A stretch of 64,000 bases of DNA from Eledone cirrhosa (GCA_964016885.1 OZ024741.1:256122001-256186000), one strand, 5' to 3'. Shown: positions 25,488 to 40,297, counted from the first letter of the stretch. Notes: a model not told the origin generated them from the letters alone. Translations and numbers: made by a program.

Positions 25488-27086
25488 GTTTCGCTTTACG
25501 AGTGTTTCGACTTACGAGTGTTTCGACATACGAGTGTTTCGGCTTACGAGTGTTTTGATTTACGAGTGTTTTGACTTACGGGTGCTTCGACTTACGCGTG
25601 TTTTGACTTACGAGTGTTTCGACTTACGAGTGTTTCGACTTACGAGTGTTTCGGCTTACGAGTGATTTGACTTACGAATGTTTTGACTTACGATTGTTTC
25701 GGCTTACGAGTGTTTCGACTTACGAGTGTTCTGATTACGAGTGTTCTGACTTACGGGTGTTCTGACTTACGAGTGTTCCGACTTACGAGTGTTTCGGCTT
25801 ATGAGTGTTTCGACTTACGAGTGCTTCGACTTACGAGTGTTTCGGCTTACGGGTGTTTCGGCTTATGAGTGTTTCGGCTTATGAGTGTTTCGACTTACGA
25901 GTGTTTTGACTTACGGATGTTTTGACATACGAGTGTTTCGATACGATTGTTCTGACTTACGAGTGTTTCCGCTTACGAGTGTTTCGGCTTACGAGTGTTT
26001 CGACTTACTAATGTTTTTACTTACGAGTGTTTCGGTGTACGAGTGTTTCGACTTAAGGATGTTTCGACTTACGAGTGTTTCGGCTTATGAGTGTTTCGAC
26101 TTACGAGTGCTTCGGCTTACGAGTGTTTCGACTTACGAGTATTTCGGCTTACGAGTGTTTCGACGTACGAATGTTTTGGCTTACGAGTGTTTCGGCTTAT
26201 GAGTGTTTCGGCTTACGAGTGTTTCGACTTACGAGTGTTTCGGCTTACGAGTGTTTCAGTGTTTCGGCTTACGTGTGTTTCGACTTACGAGTGTTTCGAC
26301 TTACGACTGTTTCGGCTTACGAGTGTTTCGGCTTACGAGTGTTTCGGCTTACGAGTGTTTTGACTTACGATTGTTTGGCTTACGAGTGTTCTGACTTACG
26401 GGTGTTATGACTTACGAGTGTTCCGACTTACGAGTGTTTCGGCTTATGAGGGTTTCGACTTACGAGTGCTTCGGTTTACGAGTGTTTCGACTTACGAGTG
26501 TTTCGGCTTACGAGTGTTTCGACTTACGAGTGTTTCGACTTACGAGTGTTTTGACTTACGGTGTTTCGGCTTACGAGTGTTTCGACATACGAGTGTTTTG
26601 ACGTACGGGTGTTTCGACTTACGGGTCTTTCGACTTAAGAGTGTTTCGACTTACGAGCGCTTCGACTTACGAGTGTTTCGACTTACGAGTGTTTCGGCGT
26701 ATGAGTGTTTTGACTTACGAGTGTTTCGACTTACGAGTGTTTCGACTTACGAGTGTTTCGAATTACGAGTGTTTCGACTTACGAGTGTTTTGACTTACGA
26801 GTGTTTTGACTTACGGTGTTTCTGCTTACGAGTGTTTCGACTTACGAGTGTTATGACTTACGGGTGTTTTGACATACGAGTGTTTCGACTTACGAGTGTT
26901 TTGACTTACGGGTGTTTTGACATACGAGTGTTTCGATACGAGTGTTCTGACTTAAGAGTGTTCTGACTTACGAGTGTTCTGACTTACGAGTGTTCTGACT
27001 TACGAGTGTTCTGACTTACGAGTGTTCCGACTTTACGAGTGTTTCGGCTCACGAGTGTTTCGGTTTACGAGTGTTTCGACTTACGA

Positions 27087-27155
27087 AAATAACAAATAGA
27101 CGCGGTTTCAAATCTCTATGCTTTTCAAATTCATTACATTAATCTTTATTTATAC
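27087..27155 (+). repeat. 69-bp AT-rich insert, copy 20
   Basis: Same sequence; downstream flank variant CGCTCTACG, as in copy 14. Confidence 0.95.
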
Positions 27156-28975
27156 GTTTCGCTCTACGAGTGTTTCGACTTACGAGTGTTTCGACATACG
27201 AGTGTTTCGGCTTACGAGTGTTTTGATTTACGAGTGTTTTGACTTACGGGTGCTTCAACTTACGCGTGTTTCGACTTACGAGTGTTTCGATTTACGAGTG
27301 TTTCGACTTACGAGTGTTTCGGCTTACGAATGTTTTGACTTACGGTGTTTCGGCTTACGAGTGTTTCGACTTACGAGTGTTCTGACTACGAGTGTTCTGA
27401 CTTACGGGTGTTCTGACTTACGAGTGTTCCGACTTACGAGTGTTTCGGCTTATGAGTGTTTCGACTTACGAGTGCTTCGACTTACGAGTGTTTCGGCTTA
27501 CGGGTGTTTCGACTTACGAATGTTTTTGCTTACGAGTGTTTCGGCTTATGAGTGTTTCGACTTACGAGTGTTTTGACTTACGGGTGTTTTAACATACGAG
27601 TGTTTCGATACGATTGTTCTGACTTACGAGTGTTTCCGCTTACGAGTGTTTCGGCTTACGAGTGTTTCGACTTACTAATGTTTTTACTTACGAGTGTTTC
27701 GGTGTACGAGTGTTTCGACTTAAGGATTTTTCGACTTACGATTGTTTCGGCTTACGAGTGTTCTGACTACGAGTGTTCTGACTTACGGGTGTTCTGACTT
27801 ACGAGTGTTCCGACTTACGAGTGTTTCGGCTTATGAGTGTTTCGACTTACGAGTGCTTCGACTTACGAGTGTTTCGGCTTACGGGTGTTTCGACTTACGA
27901 ATGTTTTTGCTTACGAGTGTTTCGGCTTATGAGTGTTTCGACTTACGAGTGTTTTGACTTACGGGTGTTTTGACATACGAGTGTTTCGACTTACGAGTAT
28001 TTCGGCTTACGAGTGTTTCGACGTACGAATGTTTTGGCTTACGAGTGTTTCGGCTTATGAGTGTTTCGGCTTACGAGTGTTTCGACTTACGAGTGTTTCG
28101 GCTTACGAGTGTTTCAGTGTTTCGGCTTACGAGTGTTTCGACTTACGAGTGTTTCGACTTACGACTGTTTCCGCTTACGAGTGTTTCGGCTTACGAGTGT
28201 TTCGGCTTACGAGTGTTTTGACTTACGATTGTTTGGCTTACGAGTGTTCTGACTTACGGGTGTTTTGACTTACGATTGTTTGGCTTACGAGTGTTCTGAC
28301 TTACGGGTGTTCTGACTTACGAGTGTTCCGACTTACGAGTGTTTCGGCTTATGAGGGTTTCGACTTACGAGTGCTTCGGCTTACGAGTGTTTCGACTTAC
28401 GAGTGTTTCGGCTTACGAGTGTTTCGACTTACGAGTGTTTCGACTTACGAGTGTTTTGACTTACGGTGTTTCGGCTTACGAGTGTTTCGACATACGAGTG
28501 TTTTGACGTACGGGTGTTTCGACTTACGGGTCTTTCGACTTACGAGTGTTTCGACTTACGAGCGCTTCGACTTACGAGTGTTTCGACTTACGAGTGTTTC
28601 GGCGTATGAGTGTTTTGACTTACGAGTGTTTCGACTTACGAGTGTTTCGAATTACGAGTGTTTCGACTTACGAGTGTTTTGACTTACGAGTGTTTTGACT
28701 TACGGTGTTTGTGCTTACGAGTGTTTCGACTTACGAGTGTTATGACTTACGGGTGTTTTGACATACGAGTGTTTCGACTTACGAGTGTTTTGACTTACGG
28801 GTGTTTTGACATACGAGTGTTTCGATACGAGTGTTCTGACATACGAGTGTTCTGACTTACGAGTGTTCTGACTTACGACTGTTCTGACTTACGAGTGTTC
28901 TGACTTACGAGTGTTCCGACTTTACGAGTGTTTCGGCTCACGAGTGTTTCGGCTTACAAGTGTTTCGACTTACGA

Positions 28976-29044
28976 AAATAACAAATAGACGCGGTTTCAA
29001 ATCTCTATGCTTTTCAAATTCATTACATTAATCTTTATTTATAC
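28976..29044 (+). repeat. 69-bp AT-rich insert, copy 21
   Basis: Same sequence; upstream flank variant TTACAAG. Confidence 0.95.
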
Positions 29045-30819
29045 GTTTCGCTTTACGAGTGTTTCGACTTACGAGTGTTTCGACATACGAGTGTTTCGGC
29101 TTACGAGTGTTTTGATTTACGAGTGTTTTGACTTACGGGTGCTTCGACTTACGCGTGTTTCGACTTACGAGTGTTTCGACTTATGAGTGTTTCGACTTAC
29201 GATTGTTTCGGCTTACGAGTGTTTCGACTTACGAGTGTTCTGACTACGAGTGTTCTGACTTACGGGTGTTCTAACTTACGAGTGTTCCGACTTACGAGTG
29301 TTTCGGCTTATGAGTGTTTCGACTTACGAGTGCTTCGACTTACGAGTGTTTCGGCTTACGGGTGTTTCGACTTACGAATGTTTTTGCTTACGAGTGTTTC
29401 GGCTTACGAGTGTTTCGGCTTATGAGTGTTTCGACTTACGAGTGTTTTGACTTACGGGTGTTTTGACATACGAGTGTTTCGATACGATTGTTCTGACTTA
29501 CGAGTGTTTCCGCTTACGAGTGTTTCGGCTTACGAGTGTTTCGACTTACTAATGTTTTTACTTGCGAGTGTTTCGGTGTACGAGTGTTTCGACTTAAGGA
29601 TGTTTCGACTTACGAGTGTTTCGACTTACGAGTGTTTCGACTTACGAGTGTTTCGACTTACGAGTGTTTTGGCTTACGAATGTTTTGACTTACGGGTGTT
29701 TCGACTTACGAGTGTTTCGGCTTATGAGTGTTTCGACTTACGGGCGTTTCGACTTACGGGTGTTTCGACTTACGAGTGTTTTGGCTTACGAATGTTTTGA
29801 TTTACGGGTGTTTCGACTTACGAGTGTTTCGACTTATGAGTGTTTCGACTTACGAGTGTTTCGGCTTATGAGTGTTTCGACTTACGAGTGCTTCGGCTTA
29901 CGAGTGTTTCGACTTACGAGTATTTCGGCTTACGAGTGTTTCGTCGTACGAATGTTTTGGCTTACGAGTGTTTCGGCTTATGAGTGTTTCGGCTTACGAG
30001 TGTTTCGACTTACGAGTGTTTCGGCTTACGAGTGTTTCAGTGTTTCGGCTTACGTGTGTTTCGACTTACGATTGTTTGGCTTACGAGTGTTCTGACTTAC
30101 GAGTATTCTTACTTACGAGTGTTCCGACTTACGAGTGTTTCGGCTTACGAGTGTTTTGACTTACGATTGTTTGGCTTACGAGTGTTCTGACTTACGCGTG
30201 TTCTGACTTACGAGTGTTCCGACTTACGAGTGTTTCGGCTTATGAGGGTTTCGACTTACGAGTGCTTCGGCTTACGAGTGTTTCGACTTACGAGTGTTTC
30301 GGCTTACGAGTGTTTCGACTTACGAGTGTTCTGACTTACGAGTGTTCTGACTTACGAGTATTCTTACTTACGAGTGTTCCGACTTACGAGTGTTTCGGCT
30401 TACGAGTGTTTCGGCTTATGAGTGTTTCGACTTACGAGTGCTTCGGTTTACGAGTGTTTCGGCTTACGAGTGTTTTGACTTAAGGGTGTTTCGACTTACG
30501 AGTGTTTCGATACGAGTGTTTCGACTTACGAGTGTTTCGGCTTACGAGTGTTTCGACTTACGAGTGTTTCGACTTACGAGTGTTCCGATTTACGGGTGTT
30601 TCGACTTACGAGTGTTTTGGCTTACGGTGTTTCGACTTACGAGTGTTTCGAGTTAAGAGTGTTTTGACTTACGAGTGTTCTGATTTACGAGTGTTCTGAC
30701 TTACGAGTGTTCTGACTTACGAGTGTTCTGACTTACGAGTGTTCTGACTTACGAGTGTTCCGACTTTACGAGTGTTTCGGCTCACGAGTGTTTCGGCTTA
30801 CGAGTGTTTCGACTTACGA

Positions 30820-30888
30820 AAATAACAAATAGACGCGGTTTCAAATCTCTATGCTTTTCAAATTCATTACATTAATCTTTATTTATAC
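30820..30888 (+). repeat. 69-bp AT-rich insert, copy 22
   Basis: Same sequence as 349-417. Confidence 0.95.
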
Positions 30889-33800
30889 GTTTCGCTTTAC
30901 GAGTGTTTCGACTTACGAGTGTTTCGACATACGAGTGTTTCGACTTACGAATGTTTTTGCTTACGGGTGTTTCGACTTACGAATGTTTTTGCTTACGAGT
31001 GTTTCGGTTTACGAGTGTTCCGACTTACGAGTGTTCCGACTTACGAGTGTTTCGGCTTACGAGTGTTTCCGGCTTACGAGTGTTTCAACTTACAAGTGTT
31101 CTGACTTACGAGTGTTCTGATTTACGGATGTTTCGACACACGAGTGTTTCGAATTACGAGTGTTTCGACTTACGAGTGTTTTGAATTACGGGTGTTTTGA
31201 CATACGAGTGTTTCGATACGAGTGTTTCGACTTACGATTGTTCTGACTTACGAGTGTTCTGATTTACGGATGTTTCGACATACGAGTGTTTCGACTTACG
31301 AGTGTTTCGACTTATGAGTGTTTCGACTTACGAGTGTTTCGACTTACGAGTGTTTTGACTTACGGTGTTTCGGCTTACGAGTGTTTCGACTTACGAGTGT
31401 TTTGACTTACGGGTGTTTTGACATACGAGTGTTTCGATACGAGTGTTCTGACTTACGAGTGTTCTGACTTACGAGTGTTCTGATTTACGAGTGTTCTGAT
31501 TTACGGATGTTTCGACATACGAGTGTTTCGACTTACGAGTGTTTCGACTTATGAGTGTTTCGACTTACGAGTGTTTCGGCTTACGAGTGTTTCGACTTAC
31601 GAGTGTTTTGACTTACGGTGTTTCGGCTTACGAGTGTTTCGACTTACGAGTGTTTTGACTTACGGGTGTTTTGACATACGAGTGTTTCGAAACGAGTGTT
31701 CTGACTTACGAGTGTTCTGACTTACGAGTGTTTTGACTTACGAGTGTTCTGACTTACGGGTGTTTCGACTTACGAGTATGTTTGGCTTACGAGTGTTTCG
31801 ACTTACGAGTGTTTTGACTTACGAGTGTTCTGATTTACGGATGTTTCGACATACGAGTGTTTCGACTTACGAGTGTTTCGACTTATGAGTGTTTCGACTT
31901 ACGAGTGTTTCGGCTTACGAGTGTTTCGACTTACGAGTGTTTTGACTTACGGTGTTTCGGCTTACGAGTGTTTCGACTTACGAGTGTTTTGACTTACGGG
32001 TGTTTTGACATACGAGTGTTTCGATACGAGTGTTCTGACTTACGAGTGTTCTGACTTACGAGTGTTTTGACTTACGAGTGTTCTGACTTACGAGTGTTCC
32101 GACTTACGAGTGTTCCGACTTACGAGTGTTTCGGCTTACGAGTGTTTCCGGCTTACGAGTGTTTCGACTTCCGAGTGTTTTGACTTACGGTGTTTCGGCT
32201 TACGAGTGATTCGACTTACGAGTGTTTTGACTTACGGGTGATTTGACTTACGGGTGTTGTGAATTACGAGTGTTCCGATTTACGAGTGTTTTGACTTACG
32301 GTGTTTCGGCTTACGAGTGATTCGACTTACGAATGTTTTGACTTACGGGTGTTTCGGCTTGCGAGTGTTTCGACTTACGAGTGTTTCGGCTTATGGGTGT
32401 TTCGACTTACTAATGTTTTTACTTACGAGTGTTTCGGCGTACGAGTGTTTTGACTTACGAGTGTTTCGACTTACGAGTGTTTCGACTTACGAGTGTTTCG
32501 GCTTACGTGAGTTTCGACTTAAGAGTGTTCTGATTTACGAGTGTTCTGACTTGCGGGTGTTCTGATTTACGAGTGTTCCGACTTACGAGTGTTTCGGCTT
32601 ATTAGTGTTTCGACTTACGAGTGTTTCGGCTTACGAGTGTTTCGACTTATGGGTGTTTCGACTTACGAGTGTTTTTACTTACGGTGTTTCGGCTTACGAG
32701 TGTTTCGACATACGAGTGTTTTGACTTACGGGTGTTTCGACTTACGAGTGTTTTGACTTACGAATGTTTTGACTTACGGGTGTTTCGGCTTACGAGTGTT
32801 TCGACTTACGAGTGTTTCGGCTTACGAGTGTTTCGACTTACTAATGTTCTTACTTACGAGTGTTTCGGCGTACGAGAGTTTTGACTTACGAGTGTTTCGA
32901 CTTACGAGTGTTTCGACTTACGAGTGTTTTGACTTACGAATGTTTTGACTTACGGGTGTTTCGGCTGACGAGTGTTTCGACTTACGAGTCTTTCGGCTTA
33001 CGAGTGTTTCGACTTACTAATGTTTTTACTTACGAGTGTTTCGGCGTACGAGTGTTTCGACTTACGAGTGTTTCGACTTACGGGTGTTTTGACTTACGGG
33101 TGTTTCGGCTTACGAGTGTTTTGACTTACGAGTGTTTTGACTTAAGGGTGTTTCGACTTACGAGTATTTTTGGCTTACGAGTGTTTCGACTTACGAGTGT
33201 TTTGACTTACGAGTGTTCTGATTTACGGATGTTTCGACATACGAGTGTTTCGACTTACGAGTGTTTCGACTTATGAGTGTTTCGACTTACGAGTGTTTCG
33301 ACTTACGAGTGTTTCGACTTACGAGTGTTTCGACTTACGAGTGTTTTGCCTTACGAATGTTTTGACTTACGGGTGTTTCGAATTACGAGTGTTTCGGCTT
33401 ATGAGTGTTTCGACTTACGGGCGTTTCGACTTACGGGTGTTTCGACTTACGAGTGTTTTGGCTTACGAATGTTTTGACTTACGGGTGTTTCGAATTACGA
33501 GTGTTTCGGCTTATGAGTGTTTCGACTTACGGGCGTTTCGACTTACGGGTGTTTCGACTTACGAGTGTTTTGGCTTACGAGTGTTTCGACTTACTAATGT
33601 TTTTACTTACCAGTGTTTCGGTGTACGAATGTTTAGACTTAAGGATGTTTCGACTTACGAGTGTTTCGACTTACGAGTGTTTCGGCTTACGTGAGTTTCG
33701 ACTTCAGAGTGTTCTGATTTACGAGTGTTCTGACTTGCGGGTGTTTCGGCTTATGAGTGTTTCGACTTACGAGTGTTTCGGCTTACGAGTGTTTCGACTT

Positions 33801-36800
33801 ATGGGTGTTTCGACTTACGAGTGTTTTTACTTACGGTGTTTCGGCTTACGAGTGTTTCGACATACGAGTGTTTTGACTTACGGGTGTTTCGGCTTACGAG
33901 TGTTTCGACTGACGAGTGTTTCGGCTTACGAGTGTTTCGACTTACTAATGTTTTTACTTACGAGTGTTTCGGCGTACGAGAGTTTTGACTTACGAGTGTT
34001 TCGACTTACGAGTGATTTGATTTACGAATGTTTTGACTTACGGGTGTTTCGGCTTATGAGTGTTTCGACTTACGAGTCTTTCGGCTTACGAGTGTTTCGA
34101 CTTACTAATGTTTTTACTTACGAGTGTTTCGGCGTACGAGTGTTTCGACTTACGAGTGTTTCGACTTACGGGTGTTTTGACTTATGGGTGTTTCGGCTTA
34201 CGAGTGTTTCGACTTACGAGTGTTTTGACTTACGGGTGTTTCGACTTACGAGTATTTTTGGCTTACGAGTGTTTCGACTTACGAGTGTTTTGACTTACGA
34301 GTGTTCTGATTTACGGATGTTTCGACATACGAATGTTTCGACTTACGAGTGTTTCGACTTATGAGTGTTTCGACTTACGAGTGTTTCGGCTTACGAGTGT
34401 TTTGACTTACGAGTGTTTTGACTTACGGTGTTTCGGCTTACGAGTGTTTCGACTTACGATTGTTTTGACTTACGGGTGTTTTGACATACGAGTGTTTCGA
34501 TACGAGTGTTCTGACTTACGAGTGTTCTGACTTACGAGTGTTTTGACTTACGAGTGTTCTGACTTACGAGTGTTCCGACTTACGAGTGTTCCGACTTACG
34601 AGTGTTTCGGCTTACGAGTGTTTCCGGCTTACGAGTGTTTCGACTTCCGAGTGTTTTGACTTACGGTGTTTCGGCTTACGAGTGATTCGACTTACGAGTG
34701 TTTTGACTTACGGGTGATTTGACTTACGGGTGTTGTGAATTACGAGTGTTCCGATTTACGAGTGTTTTGACTTACGGTGTTTCGGCTTACAAGTGATTCG
34801 ACTTACGAATGTTTTGACTTACGGGTGTTTCGGCTTGCGAGTGTTTCGACTTACGAGTGTTTCGGCTTATGGGTGTTTCGACTTACTAATGTTTTTACTT
34901 ACGAGTGTTTCGGTGTACGAGTGTTTTGACTTACGAGTGTTTCGACTTACGAGTGTTTCGACTTACGAGTGTTTCGGCTTACGTGAGTTTCGACTTAAGA
35001 GTGTTCTGATTTACGAGTGTTCTGACTTGCGGGTGTTCTGATTTACGAGTGTTCCGATTTACGAGTGTTTCGGCTTATTAGTGTTTCGACTTACGAGTGT
35101 TTCGGCTTACGAGTGTTTCGACTTATGGGTGTTTTGACTTACGAGTGTTTTTAATTACGGTGTTTCCGCTTACGAGTGTTTCGACATACGAGTGTTTTGA
35201 CTTACGGGTGTTTCGACTACGAGTGTTTTGACTTATGAATGTTTTGACTTACGGGTGTTTCGGCTTACGAGTGTTTCGACTTACGAGGGTTTCGGCTTAC
35301 GAGTGTTTCGACTTACTAATGTTCTTACTTACGAGTGTTTCGCCGAACGAGAGTTTTGACTTACGAGTGTTTCGACTTACGAGTGTTTCGACTTACGAGT
35401 GTTTCGACTTACGGGTGTTTTGACTTACGGTTGTTTCGGCTTACGAGTGTTTTGACTTACGAGTGTTTTGACTTACGAGTGTTTTGACTTACGAGTGTTC
35501 TGATTTACGGATGTTTCGACATACGAGTGTTTCGACTTACGAGTGTTTCGACTTATGAGTGTTTCGACTTACGAGTGTTTCGGCTTATGAGTGTTTCGTC
35601 TTACGAGTGCTTCGGCTTACGAGTGTTTCGACTTACGAGTATTTCGGCTTACGAGTGTTTCGACGTACGAATGTTTTGGCTTACGAGTGTTTCGGCTTAT
35701 GAGTGTTTCGGCTTACGAGTGTTTCGACTTACGAATGTTTCGGCTTACGAGTGTTTCAGTGTTTCGGCTTACGTGTGTTTCGACTTACGAGTGTTTCGAC
35801 TTACGACTGTTTTGGCTTACGAGTGTTTCGGCTTACGAGTGTTTCGGCTTACGAGTGTTTTGACTTACGAGTGTTTTGAGTTACGATTGTTTGGCTTACG
35901 AGTGTTCTGACTTACGGGTGTTCTGACTTACGAATGTTCCGACTTACGAGTGTTTCGGCTTATGAGGGTTTCGCCTTACGAGTGCTTCGGCTTACGAGTG
36001 TTTCGACTTACGAGTGTTTCGGCTTACGAGTGTTTCGACTTACGAGTGTTTCGACTTACGAGTGTTTTGACTTACGGTGTTTCGGCTTACGAGTGTTTCG
36101 ACATACGAGTGTTTTGACGTACGGGTGTTTCGACTTACGGGTCTTTCGACTTAAGAGTGTTTCGACTTACGAGCGCTTCGACTTACGAGTGTTTCGACTT
36201 ACGAGTGTTTCGGCGTATGAGTGTTTTGACTTACGAGTGTTTCGACTTACGAGTGTTTCGACTTACGAGTGTTTCGAATTACGAGTGTTTCGACTTACGA
36301 GTGTTTTGACTTACGAGTGTTTTGACTTCGGTGTTTCTGCTTACGAGTGTTTCGACTTACGAGTGTTATGACTTACGGGTGTTTTCACATACGAGTGTTT
36401 CGACTTACGAGTGTTTTGACTTACGGGTGTTTTGACATACGAGTGTTTCGATACGAGTGTTCTGACTTACGAGTGTTCTGACTTACGAGTGTTCTGACTT
36501 ACGAGTGTTTCGACATACGAGTGTTTTGACTTACGGGTGTTTCGACTTACGAGTGTTTTCACTTACGAATGTTTTGACTTACGGGTGTTTCGGCTTACGA
36601 GTGTTTCGACTTACGAGTGTTTCGGCTTACGAAGGTTTCGACTTACTAATATTTTTACTTACGAGTGTTTCGGCGTACGAGAGTTTTGACTTACGAGTGT
36701 TTCGACTTACGAGTGTTTCGACTTACGAGTATTTTGACTTACGAATGTTTTAACTTACGGGTGTTTCGGCTTACGAGTGTTTTGACTTACGAGTCTTTCG

Positions 36801-37700
36801 GCTTACGAGTGTTTCGACTTACTAATGTTTTTACTTACGAGTGTTTCGGCGTACGAGTGTTTCGACTTCCGAGTGTTTCGACTTACGGGTGTTTTGACTT
36901 ACGGGTGTATCGGCTTACGAGTGTTTTGACTTACGAGTGTTTTGACTTAAGGGTGTTTCGACGTACGAGGATTTTTGGCTTACGAGTGTTTCGACTTACG
37001 AGTGTTTTGACTTACGAGTGTTCTGATTTACGGATGTTTCGACATACGAGTGTTTCGACTTACGAGTGTTTCGACTTATGAGTGTTTCGACTTACGAGTG
37101 TTTCGACTTACGAGTGTTTCGGCTTGTGATTGTTTCGACTTACGAGTGTTTTGACTTACGGTGTTTCAGCTTACGAGTGTTTCGACTTACGAGTGTTTTG
37201 ACTTACGGGTGTTTTGACATACGAGTGTTTCGATACGAGTGTTCTGACTTACGAGTGTTCTGACTTACGAGTGTTTTGACTTACGAGTGTTCTGACTTAC
37301 GAGTGTTCCGACTTACGAGTGTTCCGACTTACGAGTGTTTCGGATTACGAGTGTTTTGACTGAAGGGTGTTTCGACTTACGAGTGTTTCGATACGAGTGT
37401 TTCGACTTACGAGTGTTTCGGCTTACGAGTGTTTCGACTTACGAGTGTTTCGACTTACGAGTGTTCCGACTTACGGGTGTTTCGAGTTAGGAGTGTTTTG
37501 GCTTACGGTGTTTCGACTTACGAGTGTTTCGAGTTAAGAGTGTTTTTACTTACGAGTGTTCTGATTTACGAGTGTTCTGACTTACGAGTGTTCTGACTTA
37601 CGAGTGTTCTGACTTACGAGTGTTCTGACTTACGAGTGTTCCGACTTTACGAGTGATTCGGGTCACGAGTGTTTCGGCTTACGAGTGTTTCGACTTACGA

Positions 37701-37769
37701 AAATAACAAATAGACGCGGTTTCAAATCTCTATGCTTTTCAAATTCATTACATTAATCTTTATTTATAC
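37701..37769 (+). repeat. 69-bp AT-rich insert, copy 23
   Basis: Same sequence as 349-417. Confidence 0.95.
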
Positions 37770-38516
37770 GTTTCGCTTTACGAGTGTTTCGACTTACGAG
37801 TGTTTCGACATACGAGTCTTTCGACTTACGAATATTTTTGCTTACGGGTGTTTCGACTTACGAATGTTTTTGCTTACGAGTGTTTCGGTTTACGAGTGTT
37901 CCGACTTACGAGTGTTCCGACTTACGAGTGTCTCGGCTTACGAGTGTTTCCGGCTTACGAGTGTTTCAACTTACGAGTGTTCTGACTTACGAGTGTTCTG
38001 ATTTACGGATGTTTCGACACACGAGTGTTTCGAATTACGAGTGTTTCGACTTACGAGTGTTTTGACTTACGGGTGTTTTGACATACGAGTGTTTCGATAC
38101 GAGTGTTTCGACTTACGAGTGTTCTGACTTACGAGTGTTCTGACTTACGAGTGTTCTTACTTACGAGTGTTCCGACTTACGAGTGTTCCGACTTACGAGT
38201 GTTTCGGCATACGAGTGTTTCGGCTTACGAGTGTTTCGACTTACGAATATTTCGACTTACGAGTGTTCCGACTTACGGGTGTTTCGACTTACGAGTGTTT
38301 TGGCTTACGGTGTTTCGGCTTACGAGTGTTTCGAGTTACGAGTGTTTTGACTTACACGTGTTTTGACATACGAGTGTTTCGATACGAGTGTTCTGACTTA
38401 CGAGTGTTCTGACTTACGAGTGTTCTGACTTACGAGTGTTCTGACTTACGAGTGTTCCGACTTTACGAGTGTTTCGGCTCACGAGTGTTTCGGCTTACGA
38501 GTGTTTCGACTTACGA

Positions 38517-38585
38517 AAATAACAAATAGACGCGGTTTCAAATCTCTATGCTTTTCAAATTCATTACATTAATCTTTATTTATAC
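38517..38585 (+). repeat. 69-bp AT-rich insert, copy 24
   Basis: Same sequence as 349-417. Confidence 0.95.
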
Positions 38586-40297
38586 GTTTCGCTTTACGAG
38601 TGTTTCGACTTACGAGTGTTTCGACATACGAGTGTTTCGGCTTACGAGTGTTTTGATTTACGAGTGTTTTGACTTACGGGTGCTTCGACTTACGCGTGTT
38701 TCGACTTACGAGTGTTTCGACTTACGAGTGTTTCGACTTACGAGTGTTTCGGCTTACGAGTGTTTTGACTTACGAAGTTTTGACTTACGATTGTTTCAGC
38801 TTACGAGTGTTTCGACTTACGAGTGTTCTGACTACGAGTGTTCTGATTTACGGGTGTTCTGACTTACGAGTGTTCCGACTTACGAGTGTTTCGGCTTATG
38901 AGTGTTTCGACTTACGAGTGCTTCGACTTACGAGTGTTTCGGCTTACGGGTGTTTCGACTTACGAATGTTTTTGCTTACGAGTGTTTCGGCTTACGAGTG
39001 TTTCGGCTTATGAGTGTTTCGACTTACGAGTGTTTTGACTTACGGGTGTTTTGACATACGAGTGTTTCGATACGATTGTTCTGACTTACGAGTGTTTCCG
39101 CTTACGAGTGTTTCGGCTTACGAGTATTTCGACTTACTAATGTTTTTACTTACGAGTGTTTCGGTGTACGAGTGTTTCGACTTAAGGATGTTTCGACTTA
39201 CGAGTGTTTCGACTTACGAGTGTTTCGACTTACGAGTGTTTTGGCTTACGAATGTTTTGACTTACGGGTGTTTCGACTTACGAGTGTTTCGACTTATGAG
39301 TGTTTCGACTTACGAGTGTTTCGGCTTATGAGTGTTTCGACTTACGAGTGCTTCGGCTTACGAGTGTTTCGACTTACGAGTATTTCGGCTTAAGAGTGTT
39401 TCGACGTACGAATGTTTTGGCTTACGAGTGTTTCGGCTTATGAGTGTTTCGGCTTACGAGTGTTTCGACTTACGAGTGTTTCGGCTTACGAGTGTTTCAG
39501 TGTTTCGGCTTACGTGTGTTTCGACTTACGAGTGTTTCGACTTACGACTGTTTCGGCTTACGAGTGTTTCGGCTTACGAGTGTTTCGGCTTACGAGTGTT
39601 TTGACTTACGATTGTTTGGCTTACGAGTGTTCTGACTTACGGGTGTTCTGACTTACGGGTGTTCCGACTTACGAGTGTTTCGGCTTATGAGGGTTTCGAC
39701 TTACGATTGTTTCGACTTACGAGTGTTTCGGCTTACGAGTGTTTCGACTTACGAGTGTTCTGACTTACGACTGTTTCGGCTTACGAGTGTTTCGGCTTAC
39801 GAGTGTTTCGGCTTACGAGTGTTTTGACTTAGGATTGTTTGGCTTACGAGTGTTCTGACTTACGGGTGTTCTGACTTACGGGTGTTCCGACTTACGAGTG
39901 TTACGGCTTATGAGGGTTTCGACTTACGAGTGTTTCGACTTACGAGTGTTTCGGCTTACGAGTGTTTCGACTTACGAGTGTTCTGACTTACGAGTGTTCT
40001 GACTTACGAGTGTTCTTACTTACGAGTGTTCCGACTTACGAGTGTTCCGACTTACGAGTGTTTCGGCTTACGAGTGTTTCGGCTTACGAGTGTTTCGACT
40101 TACGAATGTTTCGACTTACGAGTGTTCCGACTTACGGGTGTTTCGACTTACGAGTGTTTTGGCTTACGGTGTTTCGGCTTACGAGTGTTTCGAGTTACGA
40201 GTGTTTTGACTTACACGTGTTTTGACATACGAGTGTTTCGACTTTACGAGTGTTTCGGCTCACGATTGTTTCGAATTACGAGTGTTTCGACTTACGA

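Larger units (their letters stand above)
11490..27430 (+). repeat. Tandem duplication of an ~8-kb block (about 11490-19490 and 19490-27430)
   Basis: Offset 8007 (11744/19751, 13026/21033, 14070/22077), then 7944 (14437/22381 through 19174/27118) after a 63-bp deletion near 22265. Confidence 0.88.
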
